From: Eledone cirrhosa | Lineage: Eukaryota | NCBI GenBank assembly: GCA_964016885.1 | Contig: CAXHJY010000187.1 | Location: 1-30,796 of the forward strand | Direction of reading: 5' to 3' | Length of the DNA stretch: 30,796 nucleotides | In this document: positions 16,096 through 29,705 of the stretch, piece by piece | How the letters are laid out: the number at the start of each line of letters is the position of its first letter | Position numbering within the stretch: the stretch's first letter is position 1 | Notes under the pieces: generated by a model | Databases searched by the model: none | What the model saw: only the letters and a program-made list of their open reading frames with translations | What the model was told of the DNA's origin: nothing | Position numbers and translations under genes: made by a program

Positions 16096-17256
16096 TTAGC
16101 TGTATACTTTGTGGAATGTTCTGTGGAATTTATGCAAGCAGAGAGAAAACAAGCCAGTGCGTCTATTTATTATAGAATCTAAATTAGATATAATGGTAAA
16201 TTTTTCATTCAGACAGAGATTGCAAGTCTTGGATAGAGAACTGTTCAAGTTTGAAGAAGCAGAAGAAACCTTTTTCAAAGAGATGTTATATTTAATATTT
16301 TTGTCTTTCAAGGACCATATGAGTTCTGAGAGAGCCGTGTTGGTTCTTTTAAGTTGGTATTTAAAAGATGAATGATGATTATAAAGACGAGCTTTAAAGG
16401 AGGTGGAAGTGGAGCCAAAATAGGTGAAGGAATTGGTGTCAGTTATAACTTTACATTCGTAGATTAAGTTTTTATCAAGACAATGGTTGTTGAGAGGACA
16501 TTTATTTTTAACAGGGCAATTGCAATTGCGATTAGAGAGATTATTAACGAGTGACCTAGTGTTATCTATAGAAGGAATTGGATTGGAGAAGTTATTTGCG
16601 ATAGGAATAATAGTTTCTTGATTTAGAATGGGATTAAGAACATTTAGCGAAGTTGTGTTTGACGTTGTATTTGGGTTTGCAGAAATTAGCCTAGGGTTTA
16701 CAATGACGTCGGGAGTACTATTACTATTATTATGATATTCAGTGTTGGAAGGAAGAGATTTAGTATTTAGTATTTTATTGTTGTGTTTAGAGATAATGTT
16801 GGAAATGTTGGAGGATGTCGAATAGGAAAATGTTATAGTGTGTTTGTTAAATATTTTACTATAGATATGTGAGGGAGGGAAGCATTTATTTAAGGCACTA
16901 AAGAATAATTTAGGAATATTATTATTAATAGAGATGGAGAAAGGAGCATTATACCAGATTATGTTTTTGTATCTAGGTCTTTTATTAAAGTTATTGGAAT
17001 GATCATGATTAATTATTCTACTGTAAGATTTTCTAGAATTTGTTTCTTTATTATATTTGATTTTATCAGGATAGCCGGCTTTAGAAAGCGCGTTATTATA
17101 GTAATTGGCGTTAGCATCGAAGATGTTTTTATTAGAAGATAGGTTAGATATTCTTTTTCCAATATTACTAACTATAGCATTCTTAATATTAGTAGGGTGG
17201 TTAGATTTAAAATTAACATAATTTAGGTTCTCATTGTTTTTATGGTAAGGGTAAAT
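16096..17256 (-). pseudogene. PLE-2 C-terminal coding fragment (RT thumb, CNC..CPL..C finger, GIY-YIG)
   Basis: YPYHK..YVNFKSNHP, WYNAPFS, SYST, CNCPVKNKCPLNNHC, LIYECKV..YFGST..FKARLYNH, CNLC..EK..CLH. It is collinear with PLE-3. The RT catalytic core is absent, and the first ~14 aa of the called ORF come from junction sequence. Confidence 0.85.
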
Positions 17257-17296
17257 AATAATTGTCAATACTGTCATTACTCTGTCAATACTGTCC

Positions 17297-17364
17297 ATAT
17301 TGTCAATAGTCTGATATGCCCAGTTCCTTATTGGGAACTGGGCATATCAGAGTATTGACAATAT
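17297..17364. repeat. 31-bp-arm hairpin at the PLE-2 5' junction
   Basis: ATATTGTCAATAGTCTGATATGCCCAGTTCC-ttattg-GGAACTGGGCATATCAGAGTATTGACAATAT, with one mismatch. Confidence 0.92.
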
Positions 17365-17411
17365 TATACACCTCAACAACATATGTACTTGTCTATACCA
17401 TACTAATTCAA

Positions 17412-17466
17412 ACTGCCTGAAGAGGTCACAGCCAAAGATGGCTGTCACTGAAATATATATAGCAGT
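17412..17466 (+). ncRNA. Type I hammerhead ribozyme (H5), followed by AATAAA
   Basis: ACUGC CUGAAGA GGUCACAGCCA-AAGA-UGGCUGUCACU GAAA UAUAUA UA^GCAGU, then AATAAA at 17467-17472. Confidence 0.9.
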
Positions 17467-17614
17467 AATAAACGAAGCTAAATTTTAATCATTTGACTTT
17501 TATTTAACTTTATTTTACACTACTCTGGAGTAACCAAACCAACCTGCGCACTTCGTCGAGTGCTCCAGCCTGCATACTGAGGTGTTGGTATACAACCAAC
17601 ATAAACTCAAAATC

Positions 17615-17676
<62 letters not shown>

Positions 17677-18373
17677 TAACAGATTAAAGTTTAAGCAAAG
17701 AATCGCTGCTTTCACCCTTAACGGGATCTTCTGAAACTAACAAAGTCAATCTGTAAACGCAGAAGTGAATATTTCAAAAAACGTTGCAACCGGAGGAAGA
17801 CAGGAAGACGATACTTTGGATCGTGGAAACGTTCCCTTGCAAAGAACGGGAAAAAACGAATATAATACGTCATTAATAGGAGCGGTGAAAAACAATTACA
17901 AGCGAAGACAGAACCACGTTTATGGCATCAAAGAAGTCGTAGACTAATGTTCTCTTAGGTGGTTCATAGAGACATTCTCTAGCAATGAACGGAAAAAACG
18001 AAGATAATACGTCATATGTGGAGCGTGGAGAACAATTACACGCAAAGACAAAACCATGTAGATGGTATAGCTGAAGTCGTAGACTAAATTCTGACGAGGA
18101 AACCGAATGAATCTCCGCTTCAGAGTTAAGAATAAAGTAAATAAATACAATACAGGGTAATAGAAATTAAATAAATGCATACACACATTCAAATACGTAC
18201 ATACACAAGCATACGCAAAACACTTGCCATAGGTATACAAAACCACGCACATATAGATATGTGTGTGTGTGTGTGTGTGTGCGTGTATACAAATAAATAA
18301 TTAAATAAACGTATATAAATGAATAAATACGTATATAACAATCGCACCCACATACCTACATGTAAATACAGGA

Positions 18374-20205
18374 TTGATGAATAGAATTCGTTCTATTAAG
18401 GATTCTAATGCCGTGCACGTCCATTCCGACAAAACTGGCAACCTATATCAAGTGGAGCGCAGTACTTACCATCAACTACTACATAATGCTGTAACTAAGG
18501 ATTACCGTAAAACTAATCGGTGCGTCATCAATGAAATCAACGATGCTGGGTTTAAAATCACCTCTATATCTCAACATCCTGGACCGGACGGAACCTCTGG
18601 ACCCTATTTCTCCCCACTTTACCCTGAAGGATCACAAATCCAATTTTCAGAACAACCCCTCTATTCGGCTTATTAACCCTACGAAGTCCGATTTAGGTAG
18701 ACTTAGTAAAAGGGTTCTTGATAGAATTATACCTGAAATTATAAGTTTGGCCCCTCTTGCACTGTGGAACAATTCTTTCGCGGTGATTGATTGGTTCAAT
18801 GGCATATGCAACAAGGAACATTGCCGTTTTATCCAATTCGACATCAACAATTACTACTCCTCCATCACTTTACCACTTCTCCTTAGAGCTATCAATTTCG
18901 CTAAAACACTCACAAAGGATTTCGCTAAAACACTCACAAAGGATTTCGAAGTTGATGTCATCCTCAATGCCCGTAAGTCGGTGATTAATTTCGACGACTC
19001 TATTTCGACGTGAGTATGGGCGCTAGCGATTCTGCGGAGGTTACTGATCTTATCGGCCTTTTCCTTCTTTTCTCTATCAAGGACGATTCCCCAACGCGGG
19101 CGGTGGTTTGTACCGTGATGATGGTCTGTTGACCATGACTAAGTGCGGACCTCGTGCTTGCGACAGGTTCAGAAAAGAACTCACAGCCTTCTTTAAAGGC
19201 TTCAACCTCTCTATACAGGTTGAAGCCAATCTCTCGGTCGTTAATTACCTCGACGTTACCCTCAATTTATCGAATGGGTTGTATTACCCGTATAGAAAGC
19301 CGAATGATACGCTTAATTACATAAGTAAGCATTCCAACCATCCTGCCAGCATAACCAAGAACCTGGTAAGAAACGTTTCGTTGAGACTTTCCCGTCTATC
19401 TACTAACGAGCATATTTTCAACGACCATTCCACTTATTACAATGAAGCTCTTGCTCGGAGTGGATTTGTCGATAAGGTAGCATATACAGAGTACGAAAAT
19501 AGACCTAGAAGTAATAGATCCCGTTGCATTTGCTGGTATAACCCACCATATAATATGGAGGTGGCCACACCATTAGCTAAGATCTTTCTTTCCCTTATTA
19601 CGAAGTATTTTCCCCCTACACATAAATATAGTAAAATTTTTAATAGTAATACTATTAAAATTTCTTACTCTACGACTCCTAACCTTGCACATAACATCAC
19701 AGCTTCAAATTTAGCTAAACTACCTAACCGTAGGAACACGTGCAACCCTGTAGTTAGTACTAACTGTAATTGTAGGAATCGGGTTGATTGCCCCCTATCC
19801 GGGAAATGCCTCTCTAGTAACACTGTCTACAAATGTAGGGTTGAAACACCCACGTCCCGTAGGGCCTACATAGGGTTAACCGCCAATAGATTCTAGCAGC
19901 GTCTTTACATGCATACCCATTCTTTTCGTTACCCTCTTAGAAGGAATATGACGTCACTTTCAGCTTATATCTGGAGTTTAAAAGACAACCACACCCAATT
20001 TAAGTTACACTGGGAGGTCCTAGCTAGGGCTAGATCGTATAACGGAAATAAAAGACCATGTGACCTCTGCGCCGCTGAGGCCCTGGAAATACTCTACGCC
20101 ACAGACCACATCTTAAACAAAAAATCTGAGGCAATTTCGGCTTGTAAACATAAATTGCACAAAACTTTCCTGTATTACAGCCCCAGATTATACCCTAACG
20201 GATAG
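18374..20205 (+). pseudogene. Disrupted PLE RT plus GIY-YIG (YRDD type, possibly Naiad clade)
   Basis: Motifs: SDKTGNLY, TLKDHK..RLINP, FIQFDINNYYSSI, FDVSMGASDSAE, LYRDDGL, VNYLDVT, WYNPPY, CNCR..CPLSGKC, VYKC..YIG, CDLC..CKH. Lesions: frameshifts near 18565, 19005 and 19085, a TAG at 19894-19896, and an in-frame 24-bp duplication near 18895-18942. Confidence 0.9.
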
Positions 20206-20797
20206 TACGATCTATACGTGGATTGTTTACGTCTTGATGTGGGAGCTAAGTATATGTTTTGTTTATACCATTACTTATTTGCATAGGTAAGTATATATTA
20301 CCTGTATGTTTTGTGAAGGTACGTATACTTTCTCATACGTATATTTGATTGATTATGTTGTGGCGTATATATTTTTTTTATATTTTCTGGTACATATGGT
20401 TTGGTTATGTGCTTACGGGAGTTTTGCGTCTGCGTGTGTATGCAGGTTCGTACGTATGTAGAGTGTGTGTATATGTGTACTTCATGTTTTGGCTGACTTA
20501 CGTCTTTGAACATTTGTGTATTTACATGTAGGTATGTGGGGCCGCTTGTTATATACGTATTTATTCATTTATATACGTTTATTTAATTATTTATTTGTAT
20601 ACACGCACACACACACACACACATATCTATATGTGCGTGGTTTTGTATACCTATGGCAAGTGTTTTGCGTATGCTTGTGTATGTACGTATTTGAATGAGT
20701 GTATGCATTTATTTAATTTCTATTACCCCTGTATTGTATTTATTTACTTTATTCTTAACTCTGAAGCGGAGATTCATTCGGTTTCCTAGTCAGAATT

Positions 20798-21060
20798 TAG
20801 TCTACGACTTCAGCTATACCATCTACATGGTTTTGTCTTTGCGTGTAATTGTTCTCCACGCTCCACATATGACGTATTATCTTCGTTTTTTCCGTTCATT
20901 GCCAGAGAATGTCTCTATGAACCACCTAAGAGAACATTAGTCTACGACTTCTTTGATGCCATAAACGTGGTTCTGTCTTTGCGCGTAATTGTTTTTCACC
21001 GCTCCTATTAATGACGTATTATATTCGTTTTTTCCCGTTCTTTGCAAGGGAACGTTTCCA
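20798..21060. repeat. Diverged ~140-bp tandem duplication in the PLE-3 3' UTR
   Basis: TAGTCTACGACTTC...GTCTTTGCG.GTAATTGTT...ATGACGTATTAT.TTCGTTTTTTCC begins at 20798 and again at 20938. It is mirrored in the inverted arm. Confidence 0.8.
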
Positions 21061-21145
21061 CGATCCAAAGAATCGTCTTCCTGTCTTCCTCCGGTTGCAG
21101 CGGATTTTGAAATATCCACTTCTGCGTTTACAGATTGTCTGTGTT

Positions 21146-21196
21146 AGTTTCAGAAGATACGGTTAAGGGTGAAAGCAGCGATTCTTTGCTTAAACT
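21146..21196 (+). ncRNA. Degenerate or variant hammerhead (H6) at the PLE-3 3' end (mirror at 17688-17738 on -)
   Basis: AGUUU CAGAAGA U ACGG-UUAA-GGGU GAAA GCA..UGC UU^AAACU. Stems I and III pair, the core has U4>A in both arms, and stem II is damaged differently in each arm. Confidence 0.55.
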
Positions 21197-21305
21197 TTAA
21201 TATGTTATTTTAAAATATTTGCTCTACGGTTCTTATATATTTGATATATATTTATTCTTATCGAGCTCTCTTTGGATTTTAGTCTTCAAATTTATTATTA
21301 TTACT

Positions 21306-23318
<2,013 letters not shown>

Positions 23319-23442
23319 TGAATATAGACATAGAATATTCGAAAATATTCTGTATGTTTATAATAAACATTTTGAAGACCTAATCGCTATAGAATAGAAT
23401 ACGTCACGTATTACAATTAGATTCTCGATAAAAGCAAGGGAA

Positions 23443-23486
23443 GTAAATCTACGCGTTTCATTCTTATTAGAAATCGTCAGGACTAC
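23443..23486 (-). ncRNA. Minimal type I hammerhead (H7); further minus-strand copies at 23754-23797, 24054-24097, 24365-24408, 24676-24719, 24987-25030
   Basis: GUAGUC CUGACGA UUUCU-AAUA-AGAAU GAAA CGCG UA^GAUUUAC, with palindromic stem III ACGCGU and a GUA site. Confidence 0.88.
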
Positions 23487-25476
23487 ATATCCAGTGCTTT
23501 CATCGAGAATGACACAGCTAGAGACTTATAGAATACTTAGCTGTGTACAGGAACTGGTTTGAAAGAGCGGTTGCCGGTCCGGCAGAAATTAGAAATTGGA
23601 ATAAATGCTCTGAAATAGCGATATATATGTGAATATAGACATAGAATATTCGAAAATATTCTGTATGTTTATAATAAACATTTTGAAGACCTAATCGCTA
23701 TAGAATAGAATACGTCACGTATTACAATTAGATTCTCGATAAAAGCAAGGGAAGTAAATCTACGCGTTTCATTCTTATTAGAAATCGTCAGGACTACATA
23801 TCCAGTGCTTTCATCGAGAATGACACAGCTAGAGACTTATAGAATACTTAGCTGTGTACAGGAACTGGTTTGGCCGGTCCGGCAGAAATTAGAAATTGGA
23901 ATAAATGCTCTGAAATAGCGATATATATGTGAATATAGACATAGAATATTCGAAAATATTCTGTATGTTTATAATAAACATTTTGAAGACCTAATCGCTA
24001 TAGAATAGAATACGTCACGTATTACAATTAGATTCTCGATAAAAGCAAGGGAAGTAAATCTACGCGTTTCATTCTTATTAGAAATCGTCAGGACTACATA
24101 TCCAGTGCTTTCATCGAGAATGACACAGCTAGAGACTTATAGAATACTTAGCTGTGTACAGGAACTGGTTTGAAAGAGCGGTTGCCGGTCCGGCAGAAAT
24201 TAGAAATTGGAATAAATGCTCTGAAATAGCGATATATATGTGAATATAGACATAGAATATTCGAAAATATTCTGTATGTTTATAATAAACATTTTGAAGA
24301 CCTAATCGCTATAGAATAGAATACGTCACGTATTACAATTAGATTCTCGATAAAAGCAAGGGAAGTAAATCTACGCGTTTCATTCTTATTAGAAATCGTC
24401 AGGACTACATATCCAGTGCTTTCATCGAGAATGACACAGCTAGAGACTTATAGAATACTTAGCTGTGTACAGGAACTGGTTTGAAAGAGCGGTTGCCGGT
24501 CCGGCAGAAATTAGAAATTGGAATAAATGCTCTGAAATAGCGATATATATGTGAATATAGACATAGAATATTCGAAAATATTCTGTATGTTTATAATAAA
24601 CATTTTGAAGACCTAATCGCTATAGAATAGAATACGTCACGTATTACAATTAGATTCTCGATAAAAGCAAGGGAAGTAAATCTACGCGTTTCATTCTTAT
24701 TAGAAATCGTCAGGACTACATATCCAGTGCTTTCATCGAGAATGACACAGCTAGAGACTTATAGAATACTTAGCTGTGTACAGGAACTGGTTTGAAAGAG
24801 CGGTTGCCGGTCCGGCAGAAATTAGAAATTGGAATAAATGCTCTGAAATAGCGATATATATGTGAATATAGACATAGAATATTCGAAAATATTCTGTATG
24901 TTTATAATAAACATTTTGAAGACCTAATCGCTATAGAATAGAATACGTCACGTATTACAATTAGATTCTCGATAAAAGCAAGGGAAGTAAATCTACGCGT
25001 TTCATTCTTATTAGAAATCGTCAGGACTACATATCCAGTGCTTTCATCGAGAATGACACAGCTAGAGACTTATAGAATACTTAGCTGTGTACAGGAACTG
25101 CTACATATCCAGTGCTTTCATCGAGAATGACACAGCTAGAGACTTATAGAATACTTAGCTGTGTACAGGAACTGACGATTTCTAATAAGAATGAAACGCG
25201 TAGATTTACTTCCCTTGCTTTTATCGAGAATCTAATTGTAATACGTGACGTATTCTATTCTATAGCGATTAGGTCTTCAAAATGTTTATTATAAACATAC
25301 AGAATATTTTCGAATATTCTATGTCTATATTCACATATATATCGCTATTTCAGAGCATTTATTCCAATTTCTAATTTCTGCCGGACCGGCAACCGCTCTT
25401 TCAAACCAGTTCCTGTACACAGCTAAGTATTCTATAAGTCTCTAGCTGTGTCATTCTCGATGAAAGCACTGGATAT

Positions 25477-25520
25477 GTAGTCCTGACGATTTCTAATAAG
25501 AATGAAACGCGTAGATTTAC
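25477..25520 (+). ncRNA. Minimal type I hammerhead (H7); further plus-strand copies at 25788-25831, 26099-26142, 26410-26453, 26721-26764, and a 5'-clipped one at 25172-25209
   Basis: Same motif as on the left arm. Stem I is extended by AUUCUCGAUGAAAGCA / UGCUUUUAUCGAGAAU (16 bp, one G-U pair). Confidence 0.88.
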
Positions 25521-26923
25521 TTCCCTTGCTTTTATCGAGAATCTAATTGTAATACGTGACGTATTCTATTCTATAGCGATTAGGTCTTCAAAATGTTTAT
25601 TATAAACATACAGAATATTTTCGAATATTCTATGTCTATATTCACATATATATCGCTATTTCAGAGCATTTATTCCAATTTCTAATTTCTGCCGGACCGG
25701 CAACCGCTCTTTCAAACCAGTTCCTGTACACAGCTAAGTATTCTATAAGTCTCTAGCTGTGTCATTCTCGATGAAAGCACTGGATATGTAGTCCTGACGA
25801 TTTCTAATAAGAATGAAACGCGTAGATTTACTTCCCTTGCTTTTATCGAGAATCTAATTGTAATACGTGACGTATTCTATTCTATAGCGATTAGGTCTTC
25901 AAAATGTTTATTATAAACATACAGAATATTTTCGAATATTCTATGTCTATATTCACATATATATCGCTATTTCAGAGCATTTATTCCAATTTCTAATTTC
26001 TGCCGGACCGGCAACCGCTCTTTCAAACCAGTTCCTGTACACAGCTAAGTATTCTATAAGTCTCTAGCTGTGTCATTCTCGATGAAAGCACTGGATATGT
26101 AGTCCTGACGATTTCTAATAAGAATGAAACGCGTAGATTTACTTCCCTTGCTTTTATCGAGAATCTAATTGTAATACGTGACGTATTCTATTCTATAGCG
26201 ATTAGGTCTTCAAAATGTTTATTATAAACATACAGAATATTTTCGAATATTCTATGTCTATATTCACATATATATCGCTATTTCAGAGCATTTATTCCAA
26301 TTTCTAATTTCTGCCGGACCGGCAACCGCTCTTTCAAACCAGTTCCTGTACACAGCTAAGTATTCTATAAGTCTCTAGCTGTGTCATTCTCGATGAAAGC
26401 ACTGGATATGTAGTCCTGACGATTTCTAATAAGAATGAAACGCGTAGATTTACTTCCCTTGCTTTTATCGAGAATCTAATTGTAATACGTGACGTATTCT
26501 ATTCTATAGCGATTAGGTCTTCAAAATGTTTATTATAAACATACAGAATATTTTCGAATATTCTATGTCTATATTCACATATATATCGCTATTTCAGAGC
26601 ATTTATTCCAATTTCTAATTTCTGCCGGACCGGCAACCGCTCTTTCAAACCAGTTCCTGTACACAGCTAAGTATTCTATAAGTCTCTAGCTGTGTCATTC
26701 TCGATGAAAGCACTGGATATGTAGTCCTGACGATTTCTAATAAGAATGAAACGCGTAGATTTACTTCCCTTGCTTTTATCGAGAATCTAATTGTAATACG
26801 TGACGTATTCTATTCTATAGCGATTAGGTCTTCAAAATGTTTATTATAAACATACAGAATATTTTCGAATATTCTATGTCTATATTCACATATATATCGC
26901 TATTTCAGAGCATTTATTCCAAT

Positions 26924-27451
<528 letters not shown>

Positions 27452-29434
27452 ATGAACAAAAGAACGAACAAAAAAATCAACAAGCTGAAATACCGTCAGC
27501 AACACATCAACTTGACTGCCATTTCATCACTAGAGATTAAAAAACATAACCTCCAAAACAACATACTGTCCCTCATCAACAATCAGAGAAGAGCTGAAGA
27601 GGCCTGGGCCATTGAGAAGATCAAACTCAATCCCAAAGTGTTCTTTTCATTTGCAAAAAAACACAAAATCACTGGCTCTACTGTTGGCCCTCTAATTGAT
27701 GAAAATGGCACTCTTCAAGACAATGCTAAAACCATGGGTGAGATACTGCAGAAACAATACTGCTCTGTTTTCAGCAATCCTGATATGGCTGATCTGGGCT
27801 GTATCGGCGATGTTACTCCCCATTACACCTTATCGGACATAACGTTTGGCGCCCCTGATGTCTTGGCGGCAATAAAGGAAATCAAGCATAATTCAGCAGT
27901 AGGTCCCGATAGGTTCCCTGCTTGTGTCTTGAAGGCGTGTCAACACCAACTTGCATCTCCTCTTGCCAATCTGTGGCGGAACTCACTGGATGCTGGATAT
28001 GTGCCAGAAAACCTTCTATCCCAGTCTGTTGTCCCAGTTTTCAAAAAGGGAAACAAATCCCTTGCCGTGAATTACCGTCCAATCTCACTCACCTCTCATA
28101 TCATTAAGGTATTTGAGAGAGTGGTGAGATCGCGAATGACCCACTTCCTTGAGAGTAACAATATGCTGAACTCCAACCAGCATGGATTCCGTAATGGAAG
28201 GGATTGCCTGACGCAGCTACTGCATCACTTTGATGACATTTTGAGAGCCTTGGGAGAGGGTTCCAACACTGATGTTATCTACCTTGATTTCAGCAAGGCC
28301 TTTGACAGGGTTGATCATAACATTCTACTGAGAAAGCTGTCCAATATTGGTGTCACTGGAAAGCTGCTGCAGTGGATCAAGAGCTTCCTGTCAAACAGAA
28401 CCCAACATGTTGTAGTTGAGGGAGTCAAATCCAGCCCAGCCAAAGTCAGTAGTGGGGTCCCACAAGGCACTGTGTTGGGCCCACTTCTCTTCATCATCTA
28501 TATTAATGACATCACTGACATCATCAAACACAGCAACATTAAAATTTTCGCTGATGATTCCAAGCTCCAAAAGGTCATCAATGGCGTGGATGACCGGATA
28601 AGCCTTCAGTCAGACCTACTGGCTGTTACCCAATGGGCAGAAAAGAACAACATGTTACTGAACGAAGACAAATTCGAACTGATCCACTTTGGAAAAGAGG
28701 ATGCTCTGAAACTCCCGTACTCCCTTCCCTCCGGGGAAACTCTCGTGGCATCTAACAACATCAGAGACTTGGGAATAACCGTGGACAGCAACATAAGCTG
28801 GACCACGCATATAAGCAGCAAAGTTGACATGGCCCGCAGAATGTGTTCCTGGATCCTCAGAACCTTCCAGTCGAGAGATTCCCGCACCATTATCCTTCTC
28901 TTCTCTACTTTTGCCCGACCACACCTTGAATACTGTTGTCCACTGTGGTCTCCCCACACGAAACAAAGTATCATGAAACTTGAAGCTCCTCAAAGGGCAA
29001 TCACGAAAAAGATAGATGGCATGTCAGACCTTGACTACTGGGGTCGATTAGAAAACCTGAAACTTTACTCACTCCAACGTCGCCGTGAGCGTTATATTAT
29101 CTGTATGATGTGGAAAATGTTCCATCATCACTGCCCAAATGATGTTGGCATCGCCTTCAAGATACACCCAAGGCTTGGGCCCCGTGCTATCCGTCCCATT
29201 CAAAAATCTAAATCGCAACTCATAACAACAATACGGCACAATTATTTCACCTCAATCGGCCCTGCTCTCTTCAACATCACACCAGGACACGTCAAAACAG
29301 AAACTGACCACACAAAATTCAAGAAGTCTTTGGACAAATTCCTCCAAGTAATCCCGGACAAACCACCCACACACGGATATGTCTCCGCAAACAGTAATTC
29401 TCTTCTCGAATGGGCCATGGTGCCCAAATCCTGA
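27452..29434 (+). CDS. CR1/L2-group LINE ORF2, 5'-truncated (RT intact, APE endonuclease missing), ~660 aa
   Basis: Motifs: [82 protein letters not shown]. The first 205 aa of the called ORF are satellite and microsatellite read-through. Confidence 0.93.
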   Translation: MNKRTNKKINKLKYRQQHINLTAISSLEIKKHNLQNNILSLINNQRRAEEAWAIEKIKLNPKVFFSFAKKHKITGSTVGPLIDENGTLQDNAKTMGEILQKQYCSVFSNPDMADLGCIGDVTPHYTLSDITFGAPDVLAAIKEIKHNSAVGPDRFPACVLKACQHQLASPLANLWRNSLDAGYVPENLLSQSVVPVFKKGNKSLAVNYRPISLTSHIIKVFERVVRSRMTHFLESNNMLNSNQHGFRNGRDCLTQLLHHFDDILRALGEGSNTDVIYLDFSKAFDRVDHNILLRKLSNIGVTGKLLQWIKSFLSNRTQHVVVEGVKSSPAKVSSGVPQGTVLGPLLFIIYINDITDIIKHSNIKIFADDSKLQKVINGVDDRISLQSDLLAVTQWAEKNNMLLNEDKFELIHFGKEDALKLPYSLPSGETLVASNNIRDLGITVDSNISWTTHISSKVDMARRMCSWILRTFQSRDSRTIILLFSTFARPHLEYCCPLWSPHTKQSIMKLEAPQRAITKKIDGMSDLDYWGRLENLKLYSLQRRRERYIICMMWKMFHHHCPNDVGIAFKIHPRLGPRAIRPIQKSKSQLITTIRHNYFTSIGPALFNITPGHVKTETDHTKFKKSLDKFLQVIPDKPPTHGYVSANSNSLLEWAMVPKS

Positions 29435-29451
29435 ATTGAAAGACTTCGCCA

Positions 29452-29519
29452 GGTGGTGCTATTAAGTTAGACATGGCCTGGGCCAATACTGGCCAAAACA
29501 TTTCAAAGTTATTCAAAGT

Positions 29520-29520
<1 letters not shown>
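29452..29520 (+). other. LINE 3' tail motif, stem-loop and tandem tail
   Basis: GGTGGTGC...CATGGCCT, then GGCCA-atac-TGGCC and AAAAC, then (TTCAAAGTTA)2 running into (TA)n. Confidence 0.65.
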
Positions 29521-29573
<53 letters not shown>

Positions 29574-29662
29574 CATACATATATATATACATATACATAC
29601 ATATATATATATACATATACATACATATATATATATACATATACATACATATATATATATAC

Positions 29663-29693
<31 letters not shown>

Positions 29694-29705
29694 CATATAT
29701 GTATA
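29521..29705. repeat. (TA)n/(TACA)n microsatellite
   Basis: Read directly from the sequence. Confidence 0.95.

Larger units (their letters stand above)
15045..17260 (-). mobile_element. Penelope-like element PLE-2, 5'-truncated (possibly Naiad-type)
   Basis: Thumb, Zn-finger and GIY-YIG ORF, followed by a ~1-kb 3' UTR, an HHR, AATAAA and (TA)n. Confidence 0.85.
17671..21305 (+). mobile_element. Penelope-like element PLE-3 with a ~700-bp inverted pseudo-LTR
   Basis: 17671-18370 is the reverse complement of 20517-21213, diverged by a few percent. A decayed ORF lies between them and (TA)n flanks both sides. Confidence 0.9.
23319..26923. mobile_element. Palindromic array of a 311-bp hammerhead-containing unit (non-LTR retrozyme-like)
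   Basis: Left-arm units start at 23320, 23631, 23931 (after one 11-bp deletion), 24242, 24553 and 24864. A 74-bp local duplication lies at 25101-25174. The inverted arm spans 25172-26923 with period 311. Copies are essentially identical and both flanks are (TA)n. Confidence 0.93.

Noticed and set aside
18088-18125. CTGACGAGGAAACCGAAT as a hammerhead in the PLE-3 inverted arm
   Set aside because: It is antisense to the element, has GAAT rather than GAAA, lacks a stem I, and is not conserved in the other arm.
19011-19013. In-frame TGA in PLE-3 read as selenocysteine (reported for some Naiad PLEs)
   Set aside because: The conserved FDVSMG motif continues in another frame, so this is a frameshift next to an ATTTCGACG direct repeat. 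The other internal stop is TAG at a Lys position.
23319-26923. CRISPR array or ordinary centromeric satellite
   Set aside because: There are no unique spacers or cas genes, and the context is eukaryotic. The short array, central inversion and per-unit ribozyme fit a retrozyme better.
27922-29427. Short alternative-frame and antisense ORFs inside the LINE and PLE coding regions
   Set aside because: They are shadows of the main RT ORFs and have no motifs of their own.
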